The notes beneath the pieces were generated by a model, which was given only the letters and a program-made list of their open reading frames with translations, was not told where the DNA came from and made no database searches. Below are positions 19,660-29,877 of a stretch of 64,000 nucleotides of DNA, piece after piece. Each line of letters begins with the position of its first letter. Position 1 is the stretch's first letter. The DNA is from an uncultured Eubacteriales bacterium. GTDB lineage: Bacteria; Bacillota; Clostridia; Monoglobales; CAYZNM01. Position numbers and translations under genes: made by a program. The stretch is from the NCBI GenBank assembly GCA_964479875.1, contig CAYZNM010000010.1, positions 25,794 to 89,793 of the forward strand. The letters run 5' to 3'.

Positions 19660-20643
19660 CTATAGTCCGATTTCGATTCGTCCTACGGATTGCCGACGCA
19701 CCATGCTAACAGGGATTTTCACTGTTTTTGCGGCGGCTTTGTTTTCAATCATGTCTATTAGGGTGAGGACCGCCATGTAGCCCCAGTGCATTAGGTCGAC
19801 CTTCACGGTCGAGAGCGAGGGAGAGCAGTAGGCGGCGATTGGTATGTCGTCGAAGCCTACTACGCCTATGTCTTTGCCTGGGATTAAGCCCATTTCGCGT
19901 ATGACGCCCAGTGCGCCGATTGCCATTTCATCGTTGCAGCAGATTAGGCCGTCGATGTCAGGGTAGTCTTGCAGCAGCTTTATGGCGGCTTCGCGTCCGC
20001 TTGCTTCGGTGTAGTGACCGTATGCTTTCGGGATTTTATCGGGATTTATTCCGTGTTCGATGAACGCGCGTTTTATGCCGACGAGGCGTTTGTCGTTCTC
20101 GAAGCTTATGCCGCCGCCTGATACTACCGCGACATTTTTGTGGCAGGAGAGAATCTCTTTTGCTGCCATGTAGCCGCCCATTTCGTTGTCTGTGACTACG
20201 CTGGATACGTGGGGGAGGGATAGTTCTCTGTCTAGCAGCACCATTGGGAAGTCGGGATTTTGCAGCCGTGCGATTGCTTCGTTGTCGACTATAGCGTTCA
20301 ACATGATTGCGCCGTCGCAGTTTTTTTCGACGAGCAATCTATCTGATAAAAGCGTGGAGGCGGCGAAAATTTCGTACCCCTTTGATGTGGCGAAGTCGCA
20401 CATTGATTGCAGCAGTGCGCCGTATATCGGGCTTGAGAAGCCGAGGAAGAATACGCCGATGTTCCACGTTTTGTTGGATTTTAAGCTTTTGGCAGGCCCC
20501 GAGGGGCGGTAGTTTAATTTCTCCGCTTCACGGTTTACGCGCTCAATCGTTTCCTTGCTCACGCGCGTGCTGCCCTTTAGCGCGTAGGAAACCGCAGTGA
20601 TGCTTAGACCGGAAGCTTTCGCTATGTCTTTTAATGTTGCCAT
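19660..20643 (-). CDS. LacI family transcriptional regulator
   Basis: ATLKDIAKASGLSITAVSYAL HTH, NDEMAIGA, VVGFDD, PSLSTV. Confidence 0.95.
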   Translation of the reverse strand: MATLKDIAKASGLSITAVSYALKGSTRVSKETIERVNREAEKLNYRPSGPAKSLKSNKTWNIGVFFLGFSSPIYGALLQSMCDFATSKGYEIFAASTLLSDRLLVEKNCDGAIMLNAIVDNEAIARLQNPDFPMVLLDRELSLPHVSSVVTDNEMGGYMAAKEILSCHKNVAVVSGGGISFENDKRLVGIKRAFIEHGINPDKIPKAYGHYTEASGREAAIKLLQDYPDIDGLICCNDEMAIGALGVIREMGLIPGKDIGVVGFDDIPIAAYCSPSLSTVKVDLMHWGYMAVLTLIDMIENKAAAKTVKIPVSMVRRQSVGRIEIGL

Positions 20644-20728
20644 ATGTACCTCTTTCTGATTAATGCGTTTTAATGCGTTCTCTACTATATTGTAACAATG
20701 TACAAAATATACGTTTTATGTAGGTCGT

Positions 20729-20917
20729 GTTTTACGTTAAACTACTATTTCATTATAGGAATATTTTTGTAAAGTGTCAAGTAAATTAACCAAATTCGTA
20801 CAAATATACAATCATTTGGCAGTGAAATTGTTAGTTAATACTAGTTAAATTTGCTAAAATAAATGTTGCAAATTATGTTAGGATGTGCTATAATTCATAC
20901 TACGTTAAACGTTAAAC
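20729..20917. promoter_or_regulatory. Divergent sigmaA promoters with two LacI-type operators
   Basis: Minus TTGACA-17-TATAAT (20752-20780); plus TTGCAA-17-TATAAT (20866-20894); near-palindromes GTTTTACGTTAAAC (20729-20742) and GTTAAACGTTAAAC (20904-20917) just downstream of each. Confidence 0.75.
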
Positions 20918-20931
20918 TGAGGAGGTATTTT

Positions 20932-23292
20932 ATGCTATCTATACAAAATAAGGAAATACTTGTCGACGGAAAGCCTCAAATGATTTTTGCAGGAGAGGTG
21001 CATTATTATAGGTTATACCGCGTAGAGTGGCGCGACAGGCTGCAAAAGCTGCGCGAAAGCGGTTGCAATACTGTTGCGACGTACATACCGTGGATATTGC
21101 ATGAAAATACCCGCGGCAACTTCGACTTTAACGGACGCGAGCGTGAAGAGCATGATTTAATTGGGTTTATAAAGCTGTGTCAGGAGGAAGGGTTTTACAT
21201 ATTCGTTCGTCCGGGCCCGTTTATTATGGCGGAGATGAAGAACGATGGGATTCCTTATTGGGTGTATGACGAGTGTAAGGACGCGATACCTGTGTCGTGG
21301 GATAATTCCGCGCCGACTACGCCTACGCTGGAGTATCTTGACGAGGGGTTTTTGAAGTGTGTGCGGCAGTGGTATAAGGCGATTTTCAGTGAGGTTATTA
21401 CACCTAATTTGATACAAAACGGTGGCGGCATTATTGGAGTTCAACTTGATAATGAGATTGGTATGCTGTCGTGGGTGTCGAATCGCCCTGACTTAAACGA
21501 TAAAGTATTAGATGAATTCAGGGCTTGGGCGAAGGATGAGCGTGTGCGTGGTTTAAGCAATGGTGAAATTCGTTCACCCAAAGATGAATATGCTGTGCCG
21601 CTGCATAAGGAGCTTGGGTACTTTATGCGCGAGAGGTACGCGAGGTATGTGGAAAAGCTGCATGGATATGCTTGCGAATTCGGTGCGGGCGAGAGTTTGT
21701 TTGCGATAAACGTGCACGGCACGTCGATGGGTAGGGGGCATACATATCCGATTGGATTGAGTCAGCTGCTGCATACTTATAAGGATAAGCGAAACTTTTT
21801 CAGCGGCACTGATATATATTTGGGGAATTTAAGTCCTGTTGACTTCCAAGACCTGTACTTGGTAAATGCGATGACGGAAGCTACAAACGGCCCGGAGCAG
21901 CCGCTTACTTCTGTTGAATTCGAGTGCGGCAGCGGCGATTATGGCAACAGCATTACGGGGCGCACAAATACAGCGGCCGCCGACCATAAGCTGCGCATGA
22001 CAGTTTGTCAAGGCGGAAAGCTGATTAACTACTACCTATTCTGCGGCGGACACAACTACCGCTTCCCCTACAGTTTGGGCGACGGCAACGACAGAGTGGC
22101 AACTACAGGCGAAATGCACGGATTCGCCGCGCCGATATCGCCATATGGCGAATATAACTATACGTTTCCGCGCATTAAGCGCGGGCTTACTGCGCTGAAT
22201 GCAATCGCAGGCGAGCTTGCGACTGCACGACAGGAGTTTGACAATGTTTGCTATGCCTTTATTCCGGATTACTACATGACCGAATACTGCTATCGTCCCG
22301 GGGCGATGGAGGAAGTGAACCGCAGCATTTGCGACAGTCGCAACTATGGCGCGTGGGAGATTGCGGCGCGTGGGCTGTTGTTTAATGGATTCCAGTTTTA
22401 TTGTGAGGACGTGGAGAGCAATGCAATTCCTAAGGCGGAGCTGCTTGTATGCCCTACGACTAGGTATATGAATGCGGGCTTGCAGCAAAAGCTTGCGGAC
22501 GCATTGAGGTCAGGTACGAATATGCTGTTTTGGGGTGAGCTGCCGGAGTTTGACATAAACGGCGATGTATGCACTATATTGATTGATGCACTGGAAGTGC
22601 GCCCATTGGATAAATACTACGGCTGGAGCGGAAAAATCAAGCTGCCGACAGTTGTACCAACGGGAATCTTGAGCGGCTTCGAGGAAGTTAACACAGGCAG
22701 GGCGCAAACCTTAAAGGGCGACAACATAGCGCCTGTGATGCAAATGCACCATAACGGCGAATGCTGCGGCTTCACAAAGCATCTCGGTGACGGCAAAGTG
22801 CTGTATATCACAAATGAATTCCGCCTTGACCTCAATTTGTTCAAAAAAGTTTTGGATTGGTTCGGCATAAAGCCGCGATTAAGCCACGACTGCCGCGCCC
22901 AAGGCTTGTTTATCGGCTCGCAAAAATCGGCGAGCGGCGCACGTTTTGTGCATATATTAAACCTTGACGATTTCGAGAAAAGCTTCAATATATATGAGAA
23001 CGGCGCGAAGCTGTTCGGCGGCGATCTTACGCTTTCGGGCGGCGACGGCGTTGTGTTGCCAATCGGGCTTACGCTTTCGCAGTGCGAGGTGTTTTATTCT
23101 ACGGCGGAGCTTATGCAGACGGAGGGGGATGTTGTGCTGCGGCTAGTTGGTAAGCCCGACCGCGTGCTGCTGTCGAAGAAGCCTACAGTTACCGCCGACT
23201 GCCTCTTTGAAATAATCGAGCAAGATGGCAAATTCATGCTCACGCTGCAATCGGAGCGTTCGCTAAGCAAAGCGGCAACGCTTACATTCTAG
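20932..23292 (+). CDS. GH35 family glycoside hydrolase (beta-galactosidase-like)
   Basis: GEVHYYR, NTVATYIPWILHE, RPGPFIMAE, VQLDNE, NYYLFCGG; start MLSIQ with GGAGG RBS. Confidence 0.88.
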   Translation: MLSIQNKEILVDGKPQMIFAGEVHYYRLYRVEWRDRLQKLRESGCNTVATYIPWILHENTRGNFDFNGREREEHDLIGFIKLCQEEGFYIFVRPGPFIMAEMKNDGIPYWVYDECKDAIPVSWDNSAPTTPTLEYLDEGFLKCVRQWYKAIFSEVITPNLIQNGGGIIGVQLDNEIGMLSWVSNRPDLNDKVLDEFRAWAKDERVRGLSNGEIRSPKDEYAVPLHKELGYFMRERYARYVEKLHGYACEFGAGESLFAINVHGTSMGRGHTYPIGLSQLLHTYKDKRNFFSGTDIYLGNLSPVDFQDLYLVNAMTEATNGPEQPLTSVEFECGSGDYGNSITGRTNTAAADHKLRMTVCQGGKLINYYLFCGGHNYRFPYSLGDGNDRVATTGEMHGFAAPISPYGEYNYTFPRIKRGLTALNAIAGELATARQEFDNVCYAFIPDYYMTEYCYRPGAMEEVNRSICDSRNYGAWEIAARGLLFNGFQFYCEDVESNAIPKAELLVCPTTRYMNAGLQQKLADALRSGTNMLFWGELPEFDINGDVCTILIDALEVRPLDKYYGWSGKIKLPTVVPTGILSGFEEVNTGRAQTLKGDNIAPVMQMHHNGECCGFTKHLGDGKVLYITNEFRLDLNLFKKVLDWFGIKPRLSHDCRAQGLFIGSQKSASGARFVHILNLDDFEKSFNIYENGAKLFGGDLTLSGGDGVVLPIGLTLSQCEVFYSTAELMQTEGDVVLRLVGKPDRVLLSKKPTVTADCLFEIIEQDGKFMLTLQSERSLSKAATLTF

Positions 23293-23301
23293 GGGTGCGG
23301 C

Positions 23302-24642
23302 ATGAAACGGAATATTTTATGTATTTTAATTTTTATGGGAGTTTTGATGAACAGTTGTACTTTTAATAAAGCACAGGTTTTACCTTCACCGAGCGCAGCA
23401 ATCGCTGTCGGCGAAAAGGTGTACGGTAAATTTTTCGCCGATGATGGATTGATTGAAAAGGAAGCACGCGCCTGCTTCGACTTCTTTTGGGATATGGCGC
23501 AGACTAAGGAGGGTTCGCCTGCGTATGGATTGGTTGCCGATAGGTATCCGTCCAATGGAGTGGCGTCCACGGCTTCGACAGGCTTTGCGCTTGCATCGCT
23601 GCCTATAGCTGTTGAAAATGGGTGGGTGGACTATGATGCGGCGTATGAACGCGCGTTGGGTACGCTGACTACCTTTGAGAATCTGGATAACTACAGCGGC
23701 TTTTTCTTCCACTTTATCAATATGAACACAGGCAAGCGTGCGTGGAACTGCGAGGTTTCGGTTATCGACACAGGCCTACTGCTCACAGGAATGCTGACTG
23801 CAGGCGAATACTTCGGCGGCGAGGTGAAGGAAAAGGCTACGCAGCTTTACGCCAACGTGGACTGGAATTTCTACTACAACGAAAAGCGCAAAATGTTCTA
23901 CATGGCGTATTCTCCTGAGAAAAAGTACTCAGGGGCGTGGGACGTTTACGCGGAGCAGCTGCTGCTGTACCCGCTTGCGGCAGGTTCGCCCGAGCCAAAG
24001 CATAGGGTCGGCAAGGAGGCCTATGACGGATTTACTCGCTACACAGGGGCGTATAAGGATAATCCTACTATAATTAACTCGTGGTTCGGGTCGCTGTTCA
24101 CCTATCAGTACAGCCACTGTTATATCGACTTCCGCGACATCGTGGACGAGAGCGGAGTTAATTGGTTCAAGAACTCGATTGACGCGTCAACGACAGCTTA
24201 CAACTTTGCAAAGGATAACGCGGATAAGTATAAGTCGTTCGGCGTGGGTTGGGGATTGAGCGCGTGCGATTCATTTAATGGATATGATGGATTGGCAGGT
24301 TCGCCGCCTTCGGGTAAAGGTACGGCCGGAACGTGGGAGCATAGGGTTACGGGCACAATTCCGCCTTATGCCGCCGTGTCGTCGATAGTGTTCACGCCTG
24401 AGCTATCGCTTGAGGCACTCACAAACTACGGCGAGCACGAAAAGCTGTGGGGCAAATACGGGCTAATCTCCGGCTTTAATCTGGATAGGGGGTGGTATTC
24501 TGCCGACGTGATTGGTATAGACAAAGGCGACACACTGCTTATGCTTGCGAATTATCGCAGCGGCATTGTGTGGGATTTGTTTATGCGGAATGAGTATGTG
24601 CAGAATGGACTGGAAGCGATTGGGTTTACGGAGAAGCAATAA
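23302..24642 (+). CDS. Lipoprotein of glucoamylase/GH144 (endo-beta-1,2-glucanase-like) family
   Basis: Lipobox-like MNSC; GLVADR, STASTGFAL, GFFFHF, EVSVIDT, SLFTYQYSH, WGLSACD, IGIDKG. Confidence 0.82.
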   Translation: MKRNILCILIFMGVLMNSCTFNKAQVLPSPSAAIAVGEKVYGKFFADDGLIEKEARACFDFFWDMAQTKEGSPAYGLVADRYPSNGVASTASTGFALASLPIAVENGWVDYDAAYERALGTLTTFENLDNYSGFFFHFINMNTGKRAWNCEVSVIDTGLLLTGMLTAGEYFGGEVKEKATQLYANVDWNFYYNEKRKMFYMAYSPEKKYSGAWDVYAEQLLLYPLAAGSPEPKHRVGKEAYDGFTRYTGAYKDNPTIINSWFGSLFTYQYSHCYIDFRDIVDESGVNWFKNSIDASTTAYNFAKDNADKYKSFGVGWGLSACDSFNGYDGLAGSPPSGKGTAGTWEHRVTGTIPPYAAVSSIVFTPELSLEALTNYGEHEKLWGKYGLISGFNLDRGWYSADVIGIDKGDTLLMLANYRSGIVWDLFMRNEYVQNGLEAIGFTEKQ

Positions 24643-24673
24643 AAAAATCGGCACAATGCGTGCCGATTTTTTT
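24641..24673. terminator. Bidirectional intrinsic terminator
   Basis: A7-TCGGCAC/GTGCCGA-T7 between convergent genes. Confidence 0.8.
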
Positions 24674-25442
24674 ATTGTGCGATAAACATTCCGTTTTGCT
24701 TGGGGACGTGGATTACGCCGTTTTGCTTCATGCTTTCAAATACGTCATAGAGGGTGTTGCGGTCTAGGCCGCTGTCCATTATTGCAGTTAGCGATAGAAC
24801 GTAGTTTACCATGTCGTTGGTGTCGGTGACTTCGAGGCTGTCGATGTATTCGCGTGATTGCACGCTTTGGAAATGCTTTGATAAGTCGTTTGCACCGCTT
24901 TGCAATGTGAAGGCTTTGTTGATTTCCAGCGTTACGCCATGTGGGGCTAGAGCTTCGCTTAGGAATTTATTTATGCCGTTTTCACCTATGGTCGCGGCGT
25001 AGAATTTGCCGCCTGGTTTTAGTACGCGCCGTACTTCGGCTAGTGCCGCTGATAGGTCGGGGACGTGGTACAACATCATATTGGCGATTACAAAGTCGAA
25101 CGTGCCGTCAGTGTATGGGATATTTTGTATGTCGATGATTTTGTGTTCGACATTGTTTGCTCCGCTTGTATTTTCTCGCGCTAACTCGAGCATACCCTCG
25201 AATAAATCCGATAAGACTAAGGTGCTTCCTGCGCCGATGGAATCCAGCCTGCCTTGCCACATACCTGCCGTGCCGCAGCCTAGCTCTAGGATTTTGCAGC
25301 CGTTGAAAAACTCGTAGCAATCGAAAATCCAGTTGCTGTAGCCTTGCTTGTTTACGCTGTATTTGCTGTGCAGCAGAACACGCGCGTTTAAGTTGTCAGG
25401 GGATTGGTATTGCCGTTTTACTTTTTCGGGGTTGTTTATCAT
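24672..25442 (-). CDS. Class I SAM-dependent methyltransferase
   Basis: ILELGCGTA, FDFVIANMMLYHV, VLKPGG. Confidence 0.9.
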   Translation of the reverse strand: MINNPEKVKRQYQSPDNLNARVLLHSKYSVNKQGYSNWIFDCYEFFNGCKILELGCGTAGMWQGRLDSIGAGSTLVLSDLFEGMLELARENTSGANNVEHKIIDIQNIPYTDGTFDFVIANMMLYHVPDLSAALAEVRRVLKPGGKFYAATIGENGINKFLSEALAPHGVTLEINKAFTLQSGANDLSKHFQSVQSREYIDSLEVTDTNDMVNYVLSLTAIMDSGLDRNTLYDVFESMKQNGVIHVPKQNGMFIAQ

Positions 25443-25445
25443 GGT

Positions 25446-25658
25446 TTACTCCAATCTTGTTGGCACATCTGTCTGCCCCAGAATATAGTCGATGCTTACG
25501 CTATAGAATTCCGCTAGCTTTATAAGTACGGCGGTGGGTACGTCATTTTCCCCTGTTTCGTATTTGGAATAGCCTGTTTGCGACATGCCCAGATGTGCGG
25601 CAACTTGTTTTTGCGTGAGGTCTTTGTCCTCGCGAAGGTCGCGTATTCGTTTGTACAA
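25446..25658 (-). CDS. XRE family HTH regulator
   Basis: IRDLREDKDLTQKQVA...YSKYETG. Confidence 0.88.
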   Translation of the reverse strand: MYKRIRDLREDKDLTQKQVAAHLGMSQTGYSKYETGENDVPTAVLIKLAEFYSVSIDYILGQTDVPTRLE

Positions 25659-25665
25659 GATTAGC

Positions 25666-27729
25666 CTACATCACCACCGCAGCGCACAGCGGCGGCAAAT
25701 CAAACCCTCCTGCGAAATCGCACATCTCGCCCTCGACCAACCTATACTGCGTCAAGCTGCCGCACTCAAGCTTAGGCTCTACATATATCGCCTCATCCGT
25801 ATAGTTACACACAACCATGCCGTACTTCCCATTAGTCCCCCTAAACACGCTGTAGCTGTCGAAGTCCGCGCAATTTGCCTTGACACTGCCGCCGTGCTGC
25901 GACATAAACTCACCGTCCCAGAAATACTCGCGCAATTCGGCGCGCAGCTTATCCATCTTTTTACCGTATTCCACTGTTTTAGGGAAGTCGGAGGGGTAGC
26001 CCTTGAAATTATACGGCTCGTAGCTGATGACGTAGCGATTTAGCAAGCATTGGTTTACCATGCTTCTGTCGCCGAAGCCGATAACCGCCGTCATAATCTG
26101 ACCATCGGGGCGCATTGCGCGCGACACAGGTTTGTGCTTGCGACCGAAGGTGCGCGTGTACGACAGGTCGTAGTAGTTGAATTGGAAGTCGTAGATTGCC
26201 TCGCCTGCGATTAGGAAGTCCTTGTCGCGAACCATCTCGCGGAAGGTTTCGATTAATCGCTCGTCCCACGCGTAGGTGGACGCGCCGTATTTGTGTCCGT
26301 GCGATGTGTCGAAACAGCACATCGTCGGTGTATGGTGCTGGCTTTCGTCGTAGAGTATGCCGTCCGCGCCTAACTCCACGCACTTCATAAACTCGCGCTT
26401 GCATACCTCGAGGTATTCGTCCGAGCCAAAGCACATCGGGATAAGGCGGCGCGTGTTTATGTTGGTGAGCTGCGATAATGTGTTGTAGGTGTAGCCTTTT
26501 GATACGTAGTAGTTGCCGTAGGGGTCTTTGACTGCCATCGGCTTGTAGAAGCTGTGGAAGTCGTCGTTGCTCTCGTCCGCCCATGTGAATTTCGCGAACA
26601 GGATAACTTTAACGCCCATAGCTTGTATCTCTTTTATAGACTGCTTCAGCTCGTCGAAAGTTCCAAGGCGTGGGTCAGGCGTATGCGTCGGATTGCCCCT
26701 ATCCTGCCCGCCGTAGTTCCAGCCTACAAGCTGAATTGCGTCAATGCCGTACTTCTGACACTCGCGCCCTACCTTTTCCGGCAAATCCTTAAACTTAACT
26801 CGCAATTCGTCCTCCGGCGAATTTATGTGAATTTGCAGCCACGAATGCGGCTCTTTAACCCACGCAGGCGATTGCTTAGGCAGCGTATTCCACTGCTTAC
26901 TCGCGCCGCGATAAATCTCAGCGGCACACGCCCAATCTCCGACATAGCACTGCATAGCAAACGGCAGCAGCTCAAACTCGCTTTTCGGCATAACAAACGG
27001 CAAATGCCCCACGGTAAACCGTGTAAACACATCCAGTCCATCAAACGAATCCTCATCAATCGCACGAAAATCCAACGCGTTAATCCAGCCGGGATGCAGC
27101 TCCGCGTGCCACGTCACAGCTTCCAAACGACGCTGCGTCACGCCAAAGTAAAGGCTGTTGCCCTTTTCATCAGCCGCAACGCCGAACGGATACATCGGCG
27201 GATTAATATAGCCCTCAACGCACATCGTAGGATAATCAGTGCCGTGCGTCCCCGGATAATTGTGGAAAGTAGGATAAAGCGAATGCGTCTGCATAGCGCA
27301 GTAGTTGCCGTGCGAAAACCCAAACTCCGCGCAGTCTATAGGTCTATGCAGGTCGCCAAGATATGGATAGTACACATTCTCAACAACGCAATCCGCATTA
27401 TTCGCAATCTTCATACTGAATATCGCCTGCTCGACCACAATCTCACATGTAGTCGTCACCGATATATCATGCTCGCCGCCGTATTCCGACGCTATCTTAT
27501 CCCACGTAAAAACAAGCTTATCCTGCGACTGCTCACAGCGCGGCTGCTTCTGCATATGCCCCCACGCGTTATTGTTCCTGCGTCCGTCAAGCGGAAGCAT
27601 CAACCTCCACGACAGCGCAAGCTGCTGCCTATCCAGTATATGCCAATCTGAAACCTTAGAATAAACCCCTGCCAACGAGCCGTTTTGATCAAAGGTAAGC
27701 GCGGTGTTGCCATTCTCCAGCTTAAACAT
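25666..27729 (-). CDS. DUF6259-like putative glycoside hydrolase
   Basis: TIM-barrel GH-like motifs QLVGWNYGGQDRGNP, LGTFDELK, GADGILYD. Confidence 0.6.
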   Translation of the reverse strand: MFKLENGNTALTFDQNGSLAGVYSKVSDWHILDRQQLALSWRLMLPLDGRRNNNAWGHMQKQPRCEQSQDKLVFTWDKIASEYGGEHDISVTTTCEIVVEQAIFSMKIANNADCVVENVYYPYLGDLHRPIDCAEFGFSHGNYCAMQTHSLYPTFHNYPGTHGTDYPTMCVEGYINPPMYPFGVAADEKGNSLYFGVTQRRLEAVTWHAELHPGWINALDFRAIDEDSFDGLDVFTRFTVGHLPFVMPKSEFELLPFAMQCYVGDWACAAEIYRGASKQWNTLPKQSPAWVKEPHSWLQIHINSPEDELRVKFKDLPEKVGRECQKYGIDAIQLVGWNYGGQDRGNPTHTPDPRLGTFDELKQSIKEIQAMGVKVILFAKFTWADESNDDFHSFYKPMAVKDPYGNYYVSKGYTYNTLSQLTNINTRRLIPMCFGSDEYLEVCKREFMKCVELGADGILYDESQHHTPTMCCFDTSHGHKYGASTYAWDERLIETFREMVRDKDFLIAGEAIYDFQFNYYDLSYTRTFGRKHKPVSRAMRPDGQIMTAVIGFGDRSMVNQCLLNRYVISYEPYNFKGYPSDFPKTVEYGKKMDKLRAELREYFWDGEFMSQHGGSVKANCADFDSYSVFRGTNGKYGMVVCNYTDEAIYVEPKLECGSLTQYRLVEGEMCDFAGGFDLPPLCAAVVM

Positions 27730-27751
27730 AAACCCTCCAAATAATTGTTAA

Positions 27752-28732
27752 TTAAAGCGCAACGGTCGCGTAAACGATATTGCGCCGCTGCCACGTATAT
27801 GTGATGTGCAGCATGTTGCCCACGGCGACTATGCTTGGGTACGAGTATTCGCCGTCGTCTTCTTCAAGCGCGGCGATTGTATCAAACGTATTCCCATTAT
27901 CCACTGAGCGTCCGACAACAAGCGGCGTACGCTTGCCCCAATTCTCGCTTACAGGATTGTACACAAGATACAACGCGCCGTCCGCAGTCTTATCAAGGTC
28001 GAACCCCGCATTGTTATTTGGAATATCCACGCCGCGCGCAACGCTCCACGTGCGCCCATAATCCGCACTGTCCGAACGAAACATTCGCCCATACGGCGTT
28101 CGCGTAAGCATATGCACATGCCCCGACGCACTTTCCCACAGCGCAGGCTGAATCATTCCGCTTACATCTACGGAATACGGAGCTTCGCAGTCTATTGCGT
28201 GCGTGATATGCCACGTCCGGCCGTTATCGGTTGACACATCAGGTATCACAGTCCACGTATCATGCGATTCTGTCGAGCAAGGCGTGATAATGTCGCCGTT
28301 CGACAACCGCAACGGCTTATTCTTCACAGGGCCGTGACCATCTGCGCCATCGGCAACAAGCCGCTCCGGCGCACTCCACGTCGCGCCATCATCGTGCGAA
28401 TAGCACACATATGTAAGCCACGACTGTATCATCACGCCGTTCACACGCGACTCCTTGCTAATATCGCCCATCTTAAAATATAATGCGATAGTATCGCCCG
28501 AAAGCTTGAACAGCACCGGATTGTAGTGCGCTATATTTTCGCCGCCGCTGATACACACAGGCATTGCCTCGCTGCCTGCACGCGTCACCCATATGCGCGT
28601 ATTATCTGCGCCCTCGAAATCACCGCCGAAGCACGCAACCAACGCTTCGCTTCCTATCGGCAAAACCGTGGACGCGTGACACGATTTAAAATATCGCCCT
28701 TCATCAAATAAAAAACTTTTGGTAATTTTCAT
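27752..28732 (-). CDS. Sialidase-like BNR-repeat protein
   Basis: Asp-boxes SHDDGATWS, STDNGRTW, SADYGRTWS; HAST, GPVKNKP, YSYP; start MKITKS. Confidence 0.85.
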   Translation of the reverse strand: MKITKSFLFDEGRYFKSCHASTVLPIGSEALVACFGGDFEGADNTRIWVTRAGSEAMPVCISGGENIAHYNPVLFKLSGDTIALYFKMGDISKESRVNGVMIQSWLTYVCYSHDDGATWSAPERLVADGADGHGPVKNKPLRLSNGDIITPCSTESHDTWTVIPDVSTDNGRTWHITHAIDCEAPYSVDVSGMIQPALWESASGHVHMLTRTPYGRMFRSDSADYGRTWSVARGVDIPNNNAGFDLDKTADGALYLVYNPVSENWGKRTPLVVGRSVDNGNTFDTIAALEEDDGEYSYPSIVAVGNMLHITYTWQRRNIVYATVAL

Positions 28733-28823
28733 AGAGATAGCCTTTCTACAAAAATATTTACATGTCATTATATCACAACATGTACCAAAAGTTAAGCAAA
28801 AAAATAACCGCGAATAATCGCGG

Positions 28824-29603
28824 TTACAGCAGCACAACCCTCTTGCCGAATACATTCTGTATCGTCGCAATAAGCTCCTTATTTTGTATGCCGCAGTGGT
28901 TGTGAATATATATGCGGCGCGGAGCTATTGTTATAAGCGAGGAAAGCAGCATGTCGTCTTGGTTGACTTGAAAGATGTTTTCCTGCCGCCTAAAGTCCTC
29001 CATGCACTCGTCGGTAATGTCCGCGCCTCCTATATTTGTCAGGCGATATCCGGAGCTTTCCTGCTTCACATGGACTAGCTCCTCTTTAGGAGCTTGTATA
29101 TCTACAAAATAGCGCAGCAGCTTTATAAAGTCCTTGTACTCCTGCTCTATCAAAAATTCGTCGATTGCGAGTATTACCATGCCTTCCAATACGGAGCGGT
29201 ATTCCTTTAAGCGAAAGTTCACCAGTCCATCTATGTCTATTTCGTCGCGTCCGTTTTGCAAGTATGCCTTTACTGCTTCGCGCACTGTGGCTTTGCGGCC
29301 GATGTTGCTTTTGGCGTAATCCACTGCGCGATTGTATATTTCATGCCTTTCACGGCGATTTACTTTTTTGCATCTGCGATTTATAATGCGCGCCAGAATC
29401 CTTGGCTCGTATTCGCTTAGGATAAATTCGGTTATAGCTTCATCTATGCCGCAGCCTTCTTGTTCGCTGTATTCAACCCATGTTACATCGTCATTCGTCC
29501 TGTTTATTTTAACGTCGTTTATATCACAACGGCTCTCGCGCAATAGTCCGAGAAGCCTGTCGGCCGCGTCCTCTTTTATCCTTGTCTTAATGGATAAACT
29601 CAT
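28824..29603 (-). CDS. ytxC: Putative sporulation protein YtxC
   Basis: IDGLVNFRLKEY, EQEYKDFIKLLRYFVDIQ, LITIAP, IQNVFGKRV. Confidence 0.85.
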   Translation of the reverse strand: MSLSIKTRIKEDAADRLLGLLRESRCDINDVKINRTNDDVTWVEYSEQEGCGIDEAITEFILSEYEPRILARIINRRCKKVNRRERHEIYNRAVDYAKSNIGRKATVREAVKAYLQNGRDEIDIDGLVNFRLKEYRSVLEGMVILAIDEFLIEQEYKDFIKLLRYFVDIQAPKEELVHVKQESSGYRLTNIGGADITDECMEDFRRQENIFQVNQDDMLLSSLITIAPRRIYIHNHCGIQNKELIATIQNVFGKRVVLL

Positions 29604-29771
29604 TTAACACCTCATGCCTTATGGTTAATAATTATGTTATGCTCATATCCTTCTCCCTTTATTCAGACAAACATATGCGCCATTGCTAGAATGTCGCATA
29701 CTTGCCAGTACGTTTATTTTTTATTTTTTTACAAAAGTAACCATTACCATTTTATGCAATATAGCTTTGTT

Positions 29772-29817
29772 TTGCATTATGGACATGATTAGTGTATAAT
29801 TTAAGAAAAATGTAAGG
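29772..29817 (+). promoter_or_regulatory. sigmaA promoter and possible OmpR-type direct-repeat box
   Basis: TTGCAT-17-TATAAT followed by TTAAG-N6-GTAAG. Confidence 0.5.
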
Positions 29818-29877
29818 TTTTCATTCACAAATTTTTAAGATGGCTGATATATAATTTGAAACAGAAAGGAGAGGGCA

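Noticed and set aside
26554-27651. 365-aa + strand ORF antisense to the DUF6259-like gene
   Set aside because: No motifs or RBS; coincides with the A/C-rich patch that depletes stop codons
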